From contig NC_057719.1 in NCBI RefSeq assembly GCF_004010195.1, positions 62,684,085-62,748,084 on the forward strand: DNA of 64,000 nucleotides, written 5' to 3'. The position numbers and the translations under genes are program-made. Shown one piece after another: positions 25,560 to 39,164 of this stretch (the stretch's first letter is position 1; the number at the start of each line of letters is the position of its first letter). The notes beneath the pieces are model-generated. The model did no database searches. It was not told the DNA's origin and saw only the letters and a list, made by a program, of their open reading frames with translations. The stretch is from Chiloscyllium plagiosum (taxonomy: Eukaryota).

Positions 25560-27049
25560 AATAGTTGATCTGATACCACTCATTTTACACCATCTTAAAA
25601 ATGGAAAGTTTTGCCATAAATATACGAGAGAGAGTAATTTGAATGAGAAACTAATTCGGTGAACTGGCTTGCCTTGTCAGGAATGTCACTAAACCAGCCT
25701 ACTGCCACACCTTCCATTCTGTAGATGGTAATTACTTTGCTCCAATGAATTCCCATCCACAGTGGCAGGAATTGTTTCATTCACATTGTAGCACTGATCC
25801 ATTCACAGGTACGGTTGAGAAGAGACAGGTGTACTTGAGTAGGAAGAGGGACCAGTTCATCCTTTCTTCTGCAAAAGGTGACCAGGATCCCTGGTAAATG
25901 TGGATGGCTAGCATGTATGGTATGCCATTGGAATTGGCTGTTTTGCACACTGCTATCATTGGTGGTCTCTAAAGTGACCAGCCAGCATCTGTCATTTGAT
26001 CTGGGGATAGGTTTATGTTGAAGCAGATAACATTGATGTTTAAAAGACTATTTCTGCGCAAACCTTTGCAGGGATAATTACAACACATACTTGTCACTAC
26101 TCTTGGATTTGAGTGTACCTTTGGTACAAACCCATTTAAATAGCTAGCAAGATATAATACCAGCTGATAATAGCCCTAGAAAGCAGTGTGCAAAGTATTT
26201 GATAAGTTTTTTTGGTTAAGTCGAAAGTGTTGGAAAAATTAATTTATATTGCCTCTCAGGCACTTTAAGCCAGTTAAAATGGATGATCTCAATGTGTAAT
26301 TATGCATTGAATATTCAAGTAATCATTTTCCTTCAGTATAAAAGCATGTACTGGTATTTCTGCTACGCTCATAGAAATATTATATTCATGTCTGTGGACA
26401 GCCTTCTTTAGTTATGATTTAATAACTGCATAGCTGAACCATTTACCTTGGGACATCTGAAGTCATCTTGTAATATTTCTGTGCAGTTTTTCTTGAAACT
26501 GGATTAGTGTTCACAGCTTACTGCAAGTGGAAAGTAGGGAATTTATGGTGTATTCCTGCTACCTACTTTAAACCTTCACAGTTGGTGCTGAAATGTTTCT
26601 GAGCTTTGAAGTCAGAGAAAGAGGTTATATTTCATGCACGGGCTGTTATCTAGGCCAGCAAGGAAGATGCTTTGCCTTTTAATGCATTAGCATTAATTCT
26701 GTATTCATTACAACAGGCTGCTTGGCAGACATTTCTTAAATCTGATTCATGGGCCACCAGATAGAGCTGAGCTAGCCTGCCCAAATGTGGTTGGATGGTG
26801 CACCATGGGAGATTATCGAGCCAGAAATGGAGCCACTTTCCCATTGGGGGTGGCATTGACAGATACTGCGGCAGACAAACCACCTGAGGTACACGCGTTT
26901 GTGAGTCTCTTCACATCACTTTCCAGTAAATTCAGAAGACACCGTGGTTACAAATGTGATCGCGAAGACCTGTCCTTCGTGAGAAGGGTACTGCTTGAGG
27001 GCAATAGATTTAAACTATATAATAGACTTTCAGCTGCCCTATATTTCTA

Positions 27050-27410
27050 AGTTAAAACTCACACAACACCAGGTTGTAGGCCAACAGGTTTATTTGGAAG
27101 CACTAGCTTTTGGAGCACTTTTGATTGTGGAGTATTTCAGATAACAAGATTTGTCAAATAATGCTATATGACATGGGTGCTGTAATTGTTGCCCATCCTT
27201 AATTACCCTTGAATTGAGTGGTTTGGTTGGCCATTTCAGGGAGCAATCAAGGGTCGACCATGTTTCTTTGGGTCTGGAGTTGCACATCAGCCAGACTAAG
27301 TAAGGATGGCAGATTTACTTCCCCGAAGGGCACCAGTGATCCAGATGGGTTTTTACAACAATCAATGTCACACATTTCAGAGAATAGCTTTAAAATTCCT
27401 GAACTGTTAA
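27050..27410 (-). mobile_element. PLE terminal fragment (27050-27130) followed by a second-family SINE
   Basis: aagttaaaactcacacaacaccaggttgtaggccaacagg matches the arms at 38900 and 58170; SINE core at 27180-27400. Confidence 0.65.
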
Positions 27411-28659
27411 TATAATCTCAATTCTACTGACATTGGAAAGATCCTTAAGTTGACACTGAACTTGTTTGGCCCTATTGCAATGTATGCTCTTTGACCATCA
27501 AGTCCTGGAGTACATCTTGGATACAGAGCTGCAAGTTGTTAAGCAGGCACCTTATGTCACAAAACAACCATCATTCGTAAAATTAGAGTGGGCTTTTTAG
27601 GGAAACTACAAATAAGTTCTTCGCACAACTAGGAGCAATAATCAGAAACTCTGTATTAGAAATGTGTTGAGGCTCCGGGTCCGTTGAAAGATTCAAAACT
27701 GAGCTTGCTGGAATTTTGTTTCATAAAGTTTTGAGATATTGGGAGGCAAGTCAGTTAAGTGGACTGTGATGTAGATCTAATTGAATGACAACAGACGGAG
27801 AGGCTGAATATCTTCCCTTAGTTGCTGTGTTCCTGTAAGAAAAACAGAATAAACAATTGAGGGCACGCAAGACTTAGCCCATGTGTGATTGAATAATTTG
27901 GGTATGGATATATGAATCCAAAGTGAGGGGAATCGCATAATTGGGTATTTTCTCAGAGTTTTATGCAGTGAAATACATTTAAGTTTTGAAAAATCCAGGC
28001 TTCTTTGCCTGACACAAGCTTAAAATATAGATCTTCATTTACTGTCAGGGCAACAGGCTTTCAATAAAGGTGTCATCTAACCCTTTATTTTGACGTTGCA
28101 CTGAAATAGAAAGCCACTTTATGTTACTGTTCAATGTAAAGTCAATACTTGACATGTAATATTTGTCAGGCAGTGTGAGATCCGTTGCAAATTTGCAACC
28201 TGGATTTTGTTGTATTTTCCTTACAACCGGCAGTATGCAAACATGATCAGAGGCAGTCAATCCTGACCTTTGAGCCCATATAGATTTCCTTTTGAGATTG
28301 AAGCAGTGTAACTTAGGGTTTTTGGTGACTTCCAATGAGGTTCCAGTGACAGAAATGACGTGTAAATTCCCAACCAACAAAATAAATTCGATTTTTGTCA
28401 CATTTTGTCATAAGATGTGTATTTAAAAAGAGCTAAACCGTACAAGGTCACTTCAAGTGGCCAGAGAGTATAAACTGTTACTTGAAACAGTAGAGGGAAG
28501 GCAAATAGGGTTTGTTTATCCTTGTATTTAAATATCAGGCAATTTGCCACAAGTGGCCAGGGAACCTGAGCTAATCTCAACACTTAAAAAGAAATTCGAG
28601 AAAAATAATTTCCAATTCTATGAGCAAAGAACAGAATGGGATTAAAATGAAAGAAATAA

Positions 28660-28860
28660 AAACTGGAATTTATAAACGACCTTACACAAGCTCAGGATCT
28701 CACAAAGAGCTGCTTAAATATGTTTGACATGTAATCACCATTGCACGATAGGCAATGTCAATGCTGGCAAGACCTCATAAACAGAAATGTGATAATGACC
28801 AGATCAGCTGTTAGTGATGTTGAGTGAAAGATGAATCTTTGCCAGTTCTGTTGGGTGAAT
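28660..28860 (-). mobile_element. Old SINE with L2-type tail (Deu-SINE-like); similar copy at 29270-29425
   Basis: atttata...aggatctcacaaagagc...aatgtgataatgaccagatc...gtgatgttg pattern recurs at 29270-29425. Confidence 0.45.
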
Positions 28861-30689
28861 GAGTATTAGCACAAGAACAATAAACCAAATTGCTTACTGC
28901 TGTATTAGAATTTCTGATATTCACTTGCTTAATCCATGCTTTGTGTGAGTTTGTTCATCTCCGAGAGAATTGTAATTTGAAGCAGGGAATGACAAAAAGA
29001 AAAGCAGCTTTTGTTTCTTATCTGCACTGTATAAATGAGCCGGATTCAGAAACCAATCATGAGTTCATTAATTTTGCAAATTGCATAAAATTAGAGAGAG
29101 CAGCTGGAACAATGACGTTATTCAAATTCTGAACTCTAGAAAGAAAAATGTATGAATTTCATTTGAGATTTATAACATGTTGGATGGTACAGATGGAATG
29201 AATTCTATATATAATTTGAAACAGCATGAAGCTATAGGACATGAAGTTAGGTCAGTGAAAGAGGAAAAAAAGTAGCATTTATGTAGTGACTCTCAAGACG
29301 TCAGGGTGCCCCAAAGAGCTTCGCAAGTAATGAAGCATTTTTGAAATATAGTCATGGAGAAAATGTTATCGTCAGTGTGCCCAATGCATGTTCCAATGAG
29401 ATAGTGGCAATGGTGACCAGACCTATGGAATTAAAGCCAAGTTATCTTCAGTGCTTGAAGTGAAGCCCAGCAAGAGTACAGCGCTAAAGATGAAGTCAGG
29501 CCAGCATGGTGATCTTACCATAAAAATAGGGGAAATCTCCAAAGAGAAACTCAACAGTGACAGAACATTGAGTACAATGAACCTCAAGATCAATTTAGGC
29601 ACTAAACCAGAGAGGAGAAGCCCACACCTGAGCTGAAAAGGTGTGGGATGAGGACCACATTGGAAAACAAGGCAAGCTACAGCCCTGCACATCCATTCCC
29701 AGATAAAGGAGCACATCCAGCCTTTACGGTCTCCATAATAGGAGCTGAGAAAGCTGTTGAAACTTAATGTCTTAAGTGAAAGATATACAGGGGTGGTGCT
29801 GGTGGGAGTTGTGAGAATGTCAAGTTAACTGTTAGTGGCTAAATGGGAATGGGTGACGGGAGTATGGTTTAAAGAAAAAGGGCAAAAATGTGGAGTAGAG
29901 TATTCATTATTCACTACTCTCACTGTCCAAGCTCTTTCCAAATCGTGTAGAATACACCATCTGTAAAATGCTTTACTCCAAGCAAAGGCTACTGAACATA
30001 AGTAATAGGGACTGTGTCTTCATGGTAACAGTTCGCATGCAACTGGAGCCTGAGTCTATAGGATTCCAGAAGGTGGTTCTCTGTAACCATCTGTTTTAAA
30101 TAGTTAAGTTGAATAAAGCTTGGTCATATTCACTCAAATGAATGTAATTATCTTGCTAGAATGACATGCTGGAAAAGTTTGATTTTGACCAGCTCAGGGC
30201 CGTAAACTTGACCTTGATTTTAAACTGTGTGCAGCAGGCTGGGATGTGCTGTACAGCCTTTAATTCATTGTGATGTTCACCAACATCGTCATATTTGAAT
30301 GACATTTGGATCCTTTCATTCAGCATGTATTAAACTGAAGTTAGCTCCTTCAAAATTGCTTTTTTGGTTTTTGGATGAAGAAAATTAAATAACAATGATT
30401 AACCTTTTTATCTGTGCAGAAACCAATGAGTTTTTATCACCTATAACTGTGAATAAGCAACCTCTGCGTAGCCATCAGAGTGAATAAAGAGGATATTAAA
30501 AAGCACAACGCTGTTTATGTAACCATAGACACTGTGTACAAATGTTAGCTGTGACTGAATCTGTTTCAGGAAACTATTGTCTGAGGGATGTCATTCTCAG
30601 TATTTTACAATTGAAGTCACTTACTTAAATCCAGACCTGATATTTTAACAGTTAATGCAATTGGTATTATACCATTCGGTGAAAGCTAA

Positions 30690-31365
30690 CGGCGAGGGTG
30701 GGATGATGGGAATTTCATGGGATTTGTAGTCCAGAGACCTAGAATGATGCCTCATCGCACCAGCTGGTTGAATTTAAATTCAGTTAATAGTTCTGGAATG
30801 TAAGGCTGATCTCCATAATGGTGACCATGAAACTCTCTGTAAAAGGGAATATCATGGCATGGTGATAACGTCACTAGGCTGGGACTCCAAGGCCCAGCTT
30901 GATGCACTATGACGTGTTCAAATATCGCCAAGGCAGCTGGTGGAATTTAAATTGAGTTATTCAATTTGGCTTCTAAAGCTGGTCTCAGTAAGTATGACTT
31001 TGACAGCTACCATTGATCCATATGGTTCACTCCTCTGCCATCCTCACCTGGTCTTGCATACACGTGACTCTAACCCACACTTGTGTGATTGATGCTTAAT
31101 TATTGTGGATAGCACTGTAGCTCAGTGGTTAACACTGCTGCCTCACAGTGCCAGAGACTCCTGGGTTTGATTCCACCCTCAGGTGACTGTGTGGAGTTTG
31201 AACATTCTCCCCATGTCTGCATGGGTTTTCGCCTGGAGCTCTGGTTTCCTCCCACAGTCCCAAAATGTGGAATGGTTATGTGGATAGGGGGGGGATGCTG
31301 TTTGGAGGGTCAGTGCATTTTTGATGGGCTGAATGTCCTCAATCTACAATGTAAGGTTATATGAA
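30690..31365 (+). mobile_element. SINE cluster: two second-family SINE pieces followed by an HE1 V-SINE (31110-31365)
   Basis: Repeated cagctggt(t/g)gaatttaaatt...ggtgaccatga motif; then gctcagtggttaacactgctgcctcacagtgcc and V-domain. Confidence 0.7.
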
Positions 31366-33709
31366 AGTAATTTCCTTTCCTTATTAACTAGGGCACATCT
31401 TCCCTACTTTACTGAAACCACAATCTGACTTGTCTCTATTTTGAGACACCAGTGAGTTACTGGTGTTTACTGACAGAATTTATTGCCACCCTCCTCAATT
31501 TACAGAAACTCCAGCATTTTTCCATCACAGCACAGGCAAAACAATTGAGTATCCTAGGGAACATTAATGAACCACTTTCAATTTGGATTAAGTGCCAATT
31601 AGTCAGCCTTTTATAAAAGCTATTTATGAGCAGAAACAAGGAAAACAAGCTGCAATGCCTTATGAGTGAGAGACAAAACATTAAAAGTGCACAGCAGTCC
31701 ATCAGCACTTGTCGAGATGAAAGCTGGGTCAATTTTTTAGATACAGGCTCTTCAATTTACAAGAGATATGGATGCAGTCTTGAATGTAAAGCTCTGAAAT
31801 GTACTTTATTCTAAGTTGGTTTAACTCTAGTGTTTGCTGGGTTTAAAAAAAAACATTTCTGGTTGTTGACAAGAAAGGAGACAGTCCTTAAAAATACAAT
31901 TTGTGATGAACCTGAAATCTATCAGGCAGATTTATTAATGCTAAGCAGAAGTCAGCACTGTGCCATACCATACATATGGATAATGCCTCAAGGTTTGACT
32001 GCACTATGATCCTTTGTAGATTGATTGATGAACTAAATCCCTCTCTTCATAGCAAATTAGCAGTGAACATGTTGCCGAATCCTGCAGTGAAGGTTCACTG
32101 ATTAAAACAGGCTGAAAGGTTTTCTTCTTTCGTGCTTAGCCAGGAATTGGTTGTTAGTGATGGGAAAGTACACCGCCCCTGCTTTTAGCATTCCTCGATC
32201 AGCATCAAACAACAACAGTACAGATATGTTGTATTACATTCTGCAGCAGATAAGGTTGAGACAGCAGCAGTAAAATGACTAGCAATACTATGTCGGACTG
32301 CTAGTTTAAAAAAACAACTGCTTCACTGATGACCTCTGGGAAAGTGAACTTCCCTTTCACTATTCACTCTTGCCCACACTTCACTCCAGTCCTGTATTGT
32401 TCAGGTGACTCTTGTTACCTTCAGTGAAGCTAGAGATAAGCAATAAATACTGAGTCGCCAATGTTACCCACATCCCAAGAGAAACTTTTCTTGAAAAGTT
32501 TTAGATAAGACCCAGGTTGGTTTCGGTACAGCCAGATATAAGTTAGATATGGATCAATTTAAGTACAGTTTGATTCAAATCTGGTATAATACATAGAATG
32601 TAGTACAGGATCTGGTTATGTCATCTGTCCTAACTGTTGTTTTGTAAGACTAACCCCGACCTTTTCTACACTTTCTTTTTCTTTGTTACCTGAATAAGAT
32701 GGCTACTTGTTGTTTTTTCTTGATATTGTGTGTGTGTCAATAACTGAGAATTGCTTCAAACATCTTTTATATTGAACTATGGCTTCCAGAGAGAGAGAGG
32801 GCACTTTGATTCTATTGATTTTGAAAAAGGATCAAATCCACATCTCTGAGCTGAAGCAACAATTTAATTCCTGCACATTCTAAAGTTGCAAATCTGTGAG
32901 ATGAGCTTTATTAGAAGCAGGAAGTAAAAATAAAGTGACAAATGGACTCTGACATGAAAAGTAGTTGGTTTTAATGCAATAATTATATTCTGAAGCTTGC
33001 ATATTTATCAGTCCTCAATTGAGTAAGCAACGTGTACATTTGGTGTCTGCTGGGGATGTTCTGCATTGAATATGTTTGGCAAGCACCAATTAGAAGTTGA
33101 GCCCACCAATTTACAGCGTAACTGCCAAGTAATTATTCTAATAGTTTGATTTGATAATCTGACAGTTGCCCCAAGGAGTTCATGACAAATTGCCATTTGA
33201 TATAAGACAAATGTTCTAGTTTTGTTGAACCATTGAGGATGAGAGTCATGAATGGTTTGCAGTTGACTAATAGATTTCTTGCCAAATTTTCCACAATGAC
33301 TGAGTGCAAAGTGAAAAGAAACACTCCTTCCACTATGCTGCTATATTCTCTGGCTGTTAGTTCTTAAAAGAACCAGTTAGATCTAATTTTTTAAAATATG
33401 GTTAAATATGGTTACATGATCTGTAAGAACACATTATCAACCTTTAGTAATTGTCAGTTATTACTCTGTTTTATGAACTTTGGATGACTTCATCAAATTT
33501 TAGGAACAGTTGCCTTCATGAGCTGCAATATTAACTGGCTACCACTTCAGCACAATTACTCTTTGCACCAGTATGGCAGTCTCTTTACTTCAATCCATTT
33601 TAGATATGAATGGTGCTATCAGGTTCAAGGCTTTGCCGCATTGCTTAAAGAATGGTCCTTTTTATTTTCAATTTGTTTCTTATGTAATTTTTAAAAGTAT
33701 TTTATTTAA

Positions 33710-33820
33710 GCTATTTATCTAATCAACCTGTTCAGCGACGTTAACATACACTCCTAGTTCTTGAACCCAAGCCTCCAGGTCCAGAGTAGTGACACTACCA
33801 CTGTGCTACAAAAGGGCCCG
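33710..33820 (-). mobile_element. tRNA-derived SINE head (third family; similar at 44240-44295)
   Basis: Minus strand gggcccttttgtagcacagtggtagtgtc...gggttcaag carries A- and B-box-like motifs. Confidence 0.5.
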
Positions 33821-35329
33821 CTGTTTCTCTCTCTACTGCTGAAAGCTTAAGCATTTGCAGCTGCACTCTTTTCTATGATGCTGGGAACTCCTGAGACCAT
33901 CACTGTAATAATTTCCTACCTGACTCTTGACACAGAAGACCAGATCCTATTCTGTCCTCACAACAAACAGTACATGCTTCCATTTGGGATTGCTGGAAGG
34001 TGATTGTGGGTGGAAATTTTGGCTTTTCAAAATTGTTTTGGGGTTTTCTTTGCTTCGCCAAAGGGGACGAAAAATAGTGTTATAAAGCTGTCCAGGTGAG
34101 ATTAGATCATGTGGCACAGATGGAAAAACAGACATGCCTTACTCTCAATTGATATTTCTTAGCTATTTGTTGATTCAGCCAGCTGAACCAAAATACTGTT
34201 AAATGGTAAAGACTGGAGATAGGTGCCAGAATATAAGATTTAAACTGATCAGTAATCTGTAAACTAATTTCCTCTGCCACAATTTTTTAAACATTTTTGA
34301 TAGCAATAAACATGTCGGGACTAAATACCTTCCTGGCTAGTCTAGAATGAACTGTCTTTACTGGTGAGGTTGAAGATGTTGGATTTGTTAAGTTTAGCTG
34401 CTGTTCTGTATCAAGAACACAGCTTCTATGAGGTCAGTGGGAATTAATCCATATACAATGCAATCTTCTGGTGTTGGATTATTGATGTAAGATGGTTTTC
34501 AGTCAGCTCTAACCTGTGATCCACACGTGGGGCATGCTCCAAAAAGTGGAACTTAATTGCCTACTGCAAAACAAAATTAAATGGTATCTCCATTCCAACT
34601 CTCCCTGACAGTATAATATCTACGAAATCTCTTCATATTCTTTGTTATTCTTGTGTCTCATGAATTGAGAGAAATTAATCTTAATATTGCAGCTATATTG
34701 CATCTCTGTTTTCATAAATACTGTTGATGTGCACATGTAGCCCTTGAAAGGTTAATGTATTAGTTTGCTTATTGAATTTTGAAGGTCAATATTTCAACGC
34801 TCACTTACTCTCTTTATTTAAGGTCAATAATAACATGACTATTTTCTTCCTGTTGGATCTTAAAGGTCAACATTTGAACTGGCACTGCTCGCCTATGTAG
34901 ATTGTTGATTTGAAATAAGGAGGAATAATGAACACTGTTCCCTTCAAGATGACAACTTGTAATGTGAACATTAAAGTGTTTATGTCTCTGGAGCTGGAGA
35001 ACAATTGGTCTCATGAATCACTGCTTTTGTATTAAATGTGGAGAAACCGTTCATAGTGAAGAATATCTCCGTCTTAATGGGCATATTTTAAATTACAATC
35101 ATAAATAAGTTTAATTTTAATTTGATATGGGTAGGTCAGAAGAGGAATATTGAGTTTTAGAATCATCCATGACGATTCCTGCGTGGAACTGGACACAGTT
35201 ACACTCATTGGCACTTTCAAGAATGAGAGTAAATTTAATTGAAACACAAGATTCCAGGGGAGATTGGCAGAGAAGATAGGGAAAACATAAGGAAAACTAG
35301 AAATAGCGATACTATTTAAAATACCGAGT

Positions 35330-35580
35330 CTTCCATGAAAGACGGGGATGAGGAGAACTTTCTTCTTTGAGATGTTGGTAATTCTCTTGCACAGTAGAGG
35401 CTGAGTGACTGAATATATTTGAGGCTAGAGTTAAACAGATTTTTGATTGACCAGGGAACTAAGAGCTATGTGGACAGGCAGGGAGGTGGGATTCGGGCTG
35501 CAATCCGTGATCCTATAGAATGGCACAGTAGACCCGTAGGATTGAATGGTCTTCTCTTGATTCTGTTTCTTATGTTTTTG
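35330..35580 (+). mobile_element. Degraded CR1 3' end
   Basis: gatgaggagaactttcttct...gaatggtcttctcttgattctgtttcttatg resembles 20700-20912. Confidence 0.55.
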
Positions 35581-38500
35581 TAAAAAACAACTCAACAATT
35601 AACTAATAAATGCAGTTCACCATAGATGTTCGCTGTCATCAAGACACTTCTACTGTGCCTTATGATAAAGAGGCAAGTCCCAGAGCACTTCACAGAAGAG
35701 AAATAGAGCAGACTGTAAGTTTGTGTGTGACCTTGAGAAGTGTCTGAAACCTTGCCCAAAGAAATGGAATTTGAGAAGAGTGTGGAAGAAATTACCTTTG
35801 AAGTCTCTTCTGCCAATGGTTGAGAAATAGGTGAGGGAGCTGTGTATGAGAGAATGTCTGAAGACCAAAGTGCTGGAGTAGTTAACAGAGGCAGGGAACA
35901 GCACTGGAAATTTGTAGGTTGTGATGATGGTTTCAAATTCAGCGTGAGAGAGCCAGTAGGAGGACAATGTTGATGGAAATTGGAACTCAGTGTATAAAAT
36001 GGTAGAAAACCTGCGGAGTTTGTATCGTTTGGAATTTAATGATGGCAAGACATGAAATTAACTTAGACCACTCTGTAGAATGGAAGTATAATCAGACATA
36101 GGCCAGGTGTAGCTGAGGTGTAAATGTTCCCGTTTCCTGATAAGCATTGGTGAACCGTTTGGCTTTGAAACAAAAAGGTGGAAACTCTTCTTGTCATGTT
36201 ATTAGATTTATTGAATCTGCTTCAAATTTCACTGGCTCAGCAATTAAACAGTTCTTACACAGCACAAACGCTCCTCCCTTTACTCGCAATATACTTAAAC
36301 ATCACGTGGGAGCAAAACTAAAGTTGGAATGAAGTGCAGCGTAAAGTATTAATTTCACAACGGGCATGTCTTCATTGTGAGCGTGATGGCTGGTTTTGAC
36401 ATTCCGAAACTGGCACTTCTGAAACTGCGCAGCAGTGGAGTAACTGGTGTGTTTCATATCTGCTACTCACTTATCACTGCTGGTATTTATTTGGAATTTT
36501 TTAGTGTGGCATTTATTCTTGGGTTACCAGCCTCTCATGTTTGAGTGGATTGTTCACGAATTTCTCAGAAGTGAACTGAGTCAAACTGTTCTTTCCACTT
36601 GTTCCTTGTTCTGTCCAAGAGGCAGAGTTGAATAAAGATTCCAGTGAAATCACAACAAGGACAGTCAAGGACATGCCATCTGCCCCAGTTTTACCTTTAG
36701 TTTCATTTTTATTTGCTGGGAAGAACGATATTGTCAGTTGCTTTTTACAAGGACTGTACCCAGCCAGCGCCAGCAATATTAAAAATGTACCACTTTGGAA
36801 AGTTATTGCACTTTTGTAAAAATGTTAAACCTCAATTTCTTCAGGCTTGATGCTTAATGTATGGTTAAAATAAGAAATTATTTCAAAGAGAAAACCATTG
36901 CAATGTTTGTCATCAAAGATTAAAAGTGTGAATAAATGCATACAGTATAACCCAGAGGATGAACTGAATGAGTGTGACTTGTGCACCAAAGCACAAACGG
37001 TGGAGATAGGATCCTGTGTACTATAAATGTCCCAAAAGTACAACCTGAGTGAATTTAAACTTGCATATTGCTATTCCCCATTCGCAAGTTCCTGCTCCCA
37101 GTCAGTACTTGGCTATTTCTCTGAGGCTCCTGATGGATGTGCTGTCAACCCTGTGCAAATGTGAAATATATAATATATTGTCATTCAGTACATTTCTCAA
37201 AATACCAGTATGATTGATGTAACACAATATCTAAAACATTTTAGTTGCTTCCCTCTGGAGATGGAATACAACGACATCAATGCAACAGACATTCTCAATG
37301 GCTGTGATTGTAACTGAATGTGGGCTCAAAGGAAACTGATCAAGAATTTAAATTTCTTAAGAGCTCGGGGGGCAAGCCATGACATTCTGTTGTGGATGAA
37401 AAGGAGGGTGTATTGCAAGCGCTGGCAATGTTTGATGAAAATAACAGAAAACGTTGCAGGTGTACGACAAATCTATCACATGCTGAAGAACAAAAACTGA
37501 GGGAAAATGGATTGTGTCACATTTCTTTGTCAGAACTGGAAAAGGAGAGAGGGTGGACTTGCATGTGGAATTGACCAGAAGATCAGAGGAATGGAGGAGA
37601 GACTGCAATAACCATGGGGCTTGTCATAGATACTAGTTCAAAGAAGTTTAATCTCCTGTGAATTATTTATTTTAAATTGGATTGAGGTCAAAAATATTTT
37701 GATAATATGAAAAGCCCTCTTTGGCTGGTAAAATAAAATGGTTCCAGATTACAAATACAAAGAGAAAATTAGATTGAAAGGCATTTGATGCATCAATTGA
37801 GAGAGATGGCTGAAATTTCAAACTGAAAGATAACATAAACGCATAGGAAATAGGAGCAGAAGTAGGCCATTTGGCCCCTCAGATCTGCCCCTCCCGCCCC
37901 CATTAAATAAGATCATGGCTGACATGTCCCGGGCTTCATCTCTTCATTCATGCCAGCTCCACACAGCCACAAACTCCCTGACATTTCAAATATCTATCCA
38001 TCTCCTCTTTAAATGCTTTCAGCGATCTCGCCTCCACAATTTTGTGGGTAGAAGGTTTCAGACATTCACTGTCTCTGAGAGAAGAAATGCCTTTGTGTTT
38101 CAATTTTAATTTCAGTTTTATAGAATAAGAAGACCATGTCCTCTACTTCCAGATTTACCCATTTTCTCAACATCTCTACTGTTAAGCCCTCTCAGATTGC
38201 TGAATGTTTTAATAGAATCACTCTTTATTTTTCTAAACTCTACTGAATAAAGACATAACCTATTTAGCCAAACTGGATTAGTTAACCCTTCATCCTATCA
38301 CTGGGATCTCCACATTCATAGAATTATAGGAACTCTACAATCAACCACTTTTGAACCACCTCCAATGCCAGTATATCATTTCTTTTTTAAAATGGGGACC
38401 AAAACTGTACACAGTACTCCAGGTGCAGCCTCATTGATAGCCTTTGCTGTTGTATCTCGGCTTCCCTATTTTTAAACTCCAAACCCTGCCCCACTCCCAC

Positions 38501-38868
38501 AGTGAAAACGGGCAAAATTCCTTTTGCCAGCTTAATTACGTGCTACACCTACATATAAACTTTCTATGTTTCATGCACAAGAAATCCCTCAGTGCTGCAC
38601 TATCTTTGGAGTCTCTCCCCATTTCAATAATAGTCTATCTTTTAGTTCTTCTTATCAAAGTGCATGGCCTTAAATTTTCCAATATTAAACCCCACTTAGC
38701 AAGTTCTTGCCCATTCACTCGAACTATTTAAATCTCCTTGCAGATTCCTTATGTCTTCTTCACATGTCATCCACCTATTTATTTTTTAATCAGCAAATTT
38801 GTAAACATTATACTCTGCCCTCCTCCAAGACTTGAATTGACATAGTAAATATTTCAGACCCTCGGACT

Positions 38869-39164
38869 TGGAGATGCCGGTGTTGAATTGGTGTGTACGA
38901 AGTTAAAAATCACACAACACCAGGTTATAGTCCAACAGGTTTAACCCTAACCTGCGATAGGTCATGGTATTCGAACAGACAATCGAGGTATTTTTCAATG
39001 TATAATTTCAGTTACATCACACTGTAAATTTTTGCTATAAATTCTGTGCCTTAGATTTGTGCCCTCCACAATCACCTGATGAAGGAGCGGCGCTCTGAAA
39101 GCTAGTGTGCTTCCAGTTAAACCTATTGGACTGTAACCTGGTGTTGTATGATTTTTAACTTTGT
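38869..39164 (+). mobile_element. Fold-back PLE mini-insertion (family B) with degenerate ~13-bp TSD
   Basis: Inverted arms ~38896-38943 / 39118-39165; flanks agaccctcggact (38856-38868) and agacccctctgact (39165-39178). Confidence 0.8.
39073..39107 (+). ncRNA. Minimal type I hammerhead ribozyme motif
   Basis: CAC-CUGAUGA-A-GGAGC(GGC)GCUCU-GAAA-GC-UA-GUG: conserved CUGANGA and GAAA boxes, stem II hairpin, palindromic AGCU in place of stem III, and CAC/GUG stem I. Confidence 0.7.

Larger units (their letters stand above)
23879..25887. repeat. Dispersed ~95-115 bp direct repeat (23879-23995 and 25794-25887)
   Basis: Both copies contain ctgatccattcacaggtacggttgagaagaga...caggtgta(g/c)ttgagtaggaagagggaccagttcatcc...tgaccagga. 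Confidence 0.85.
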
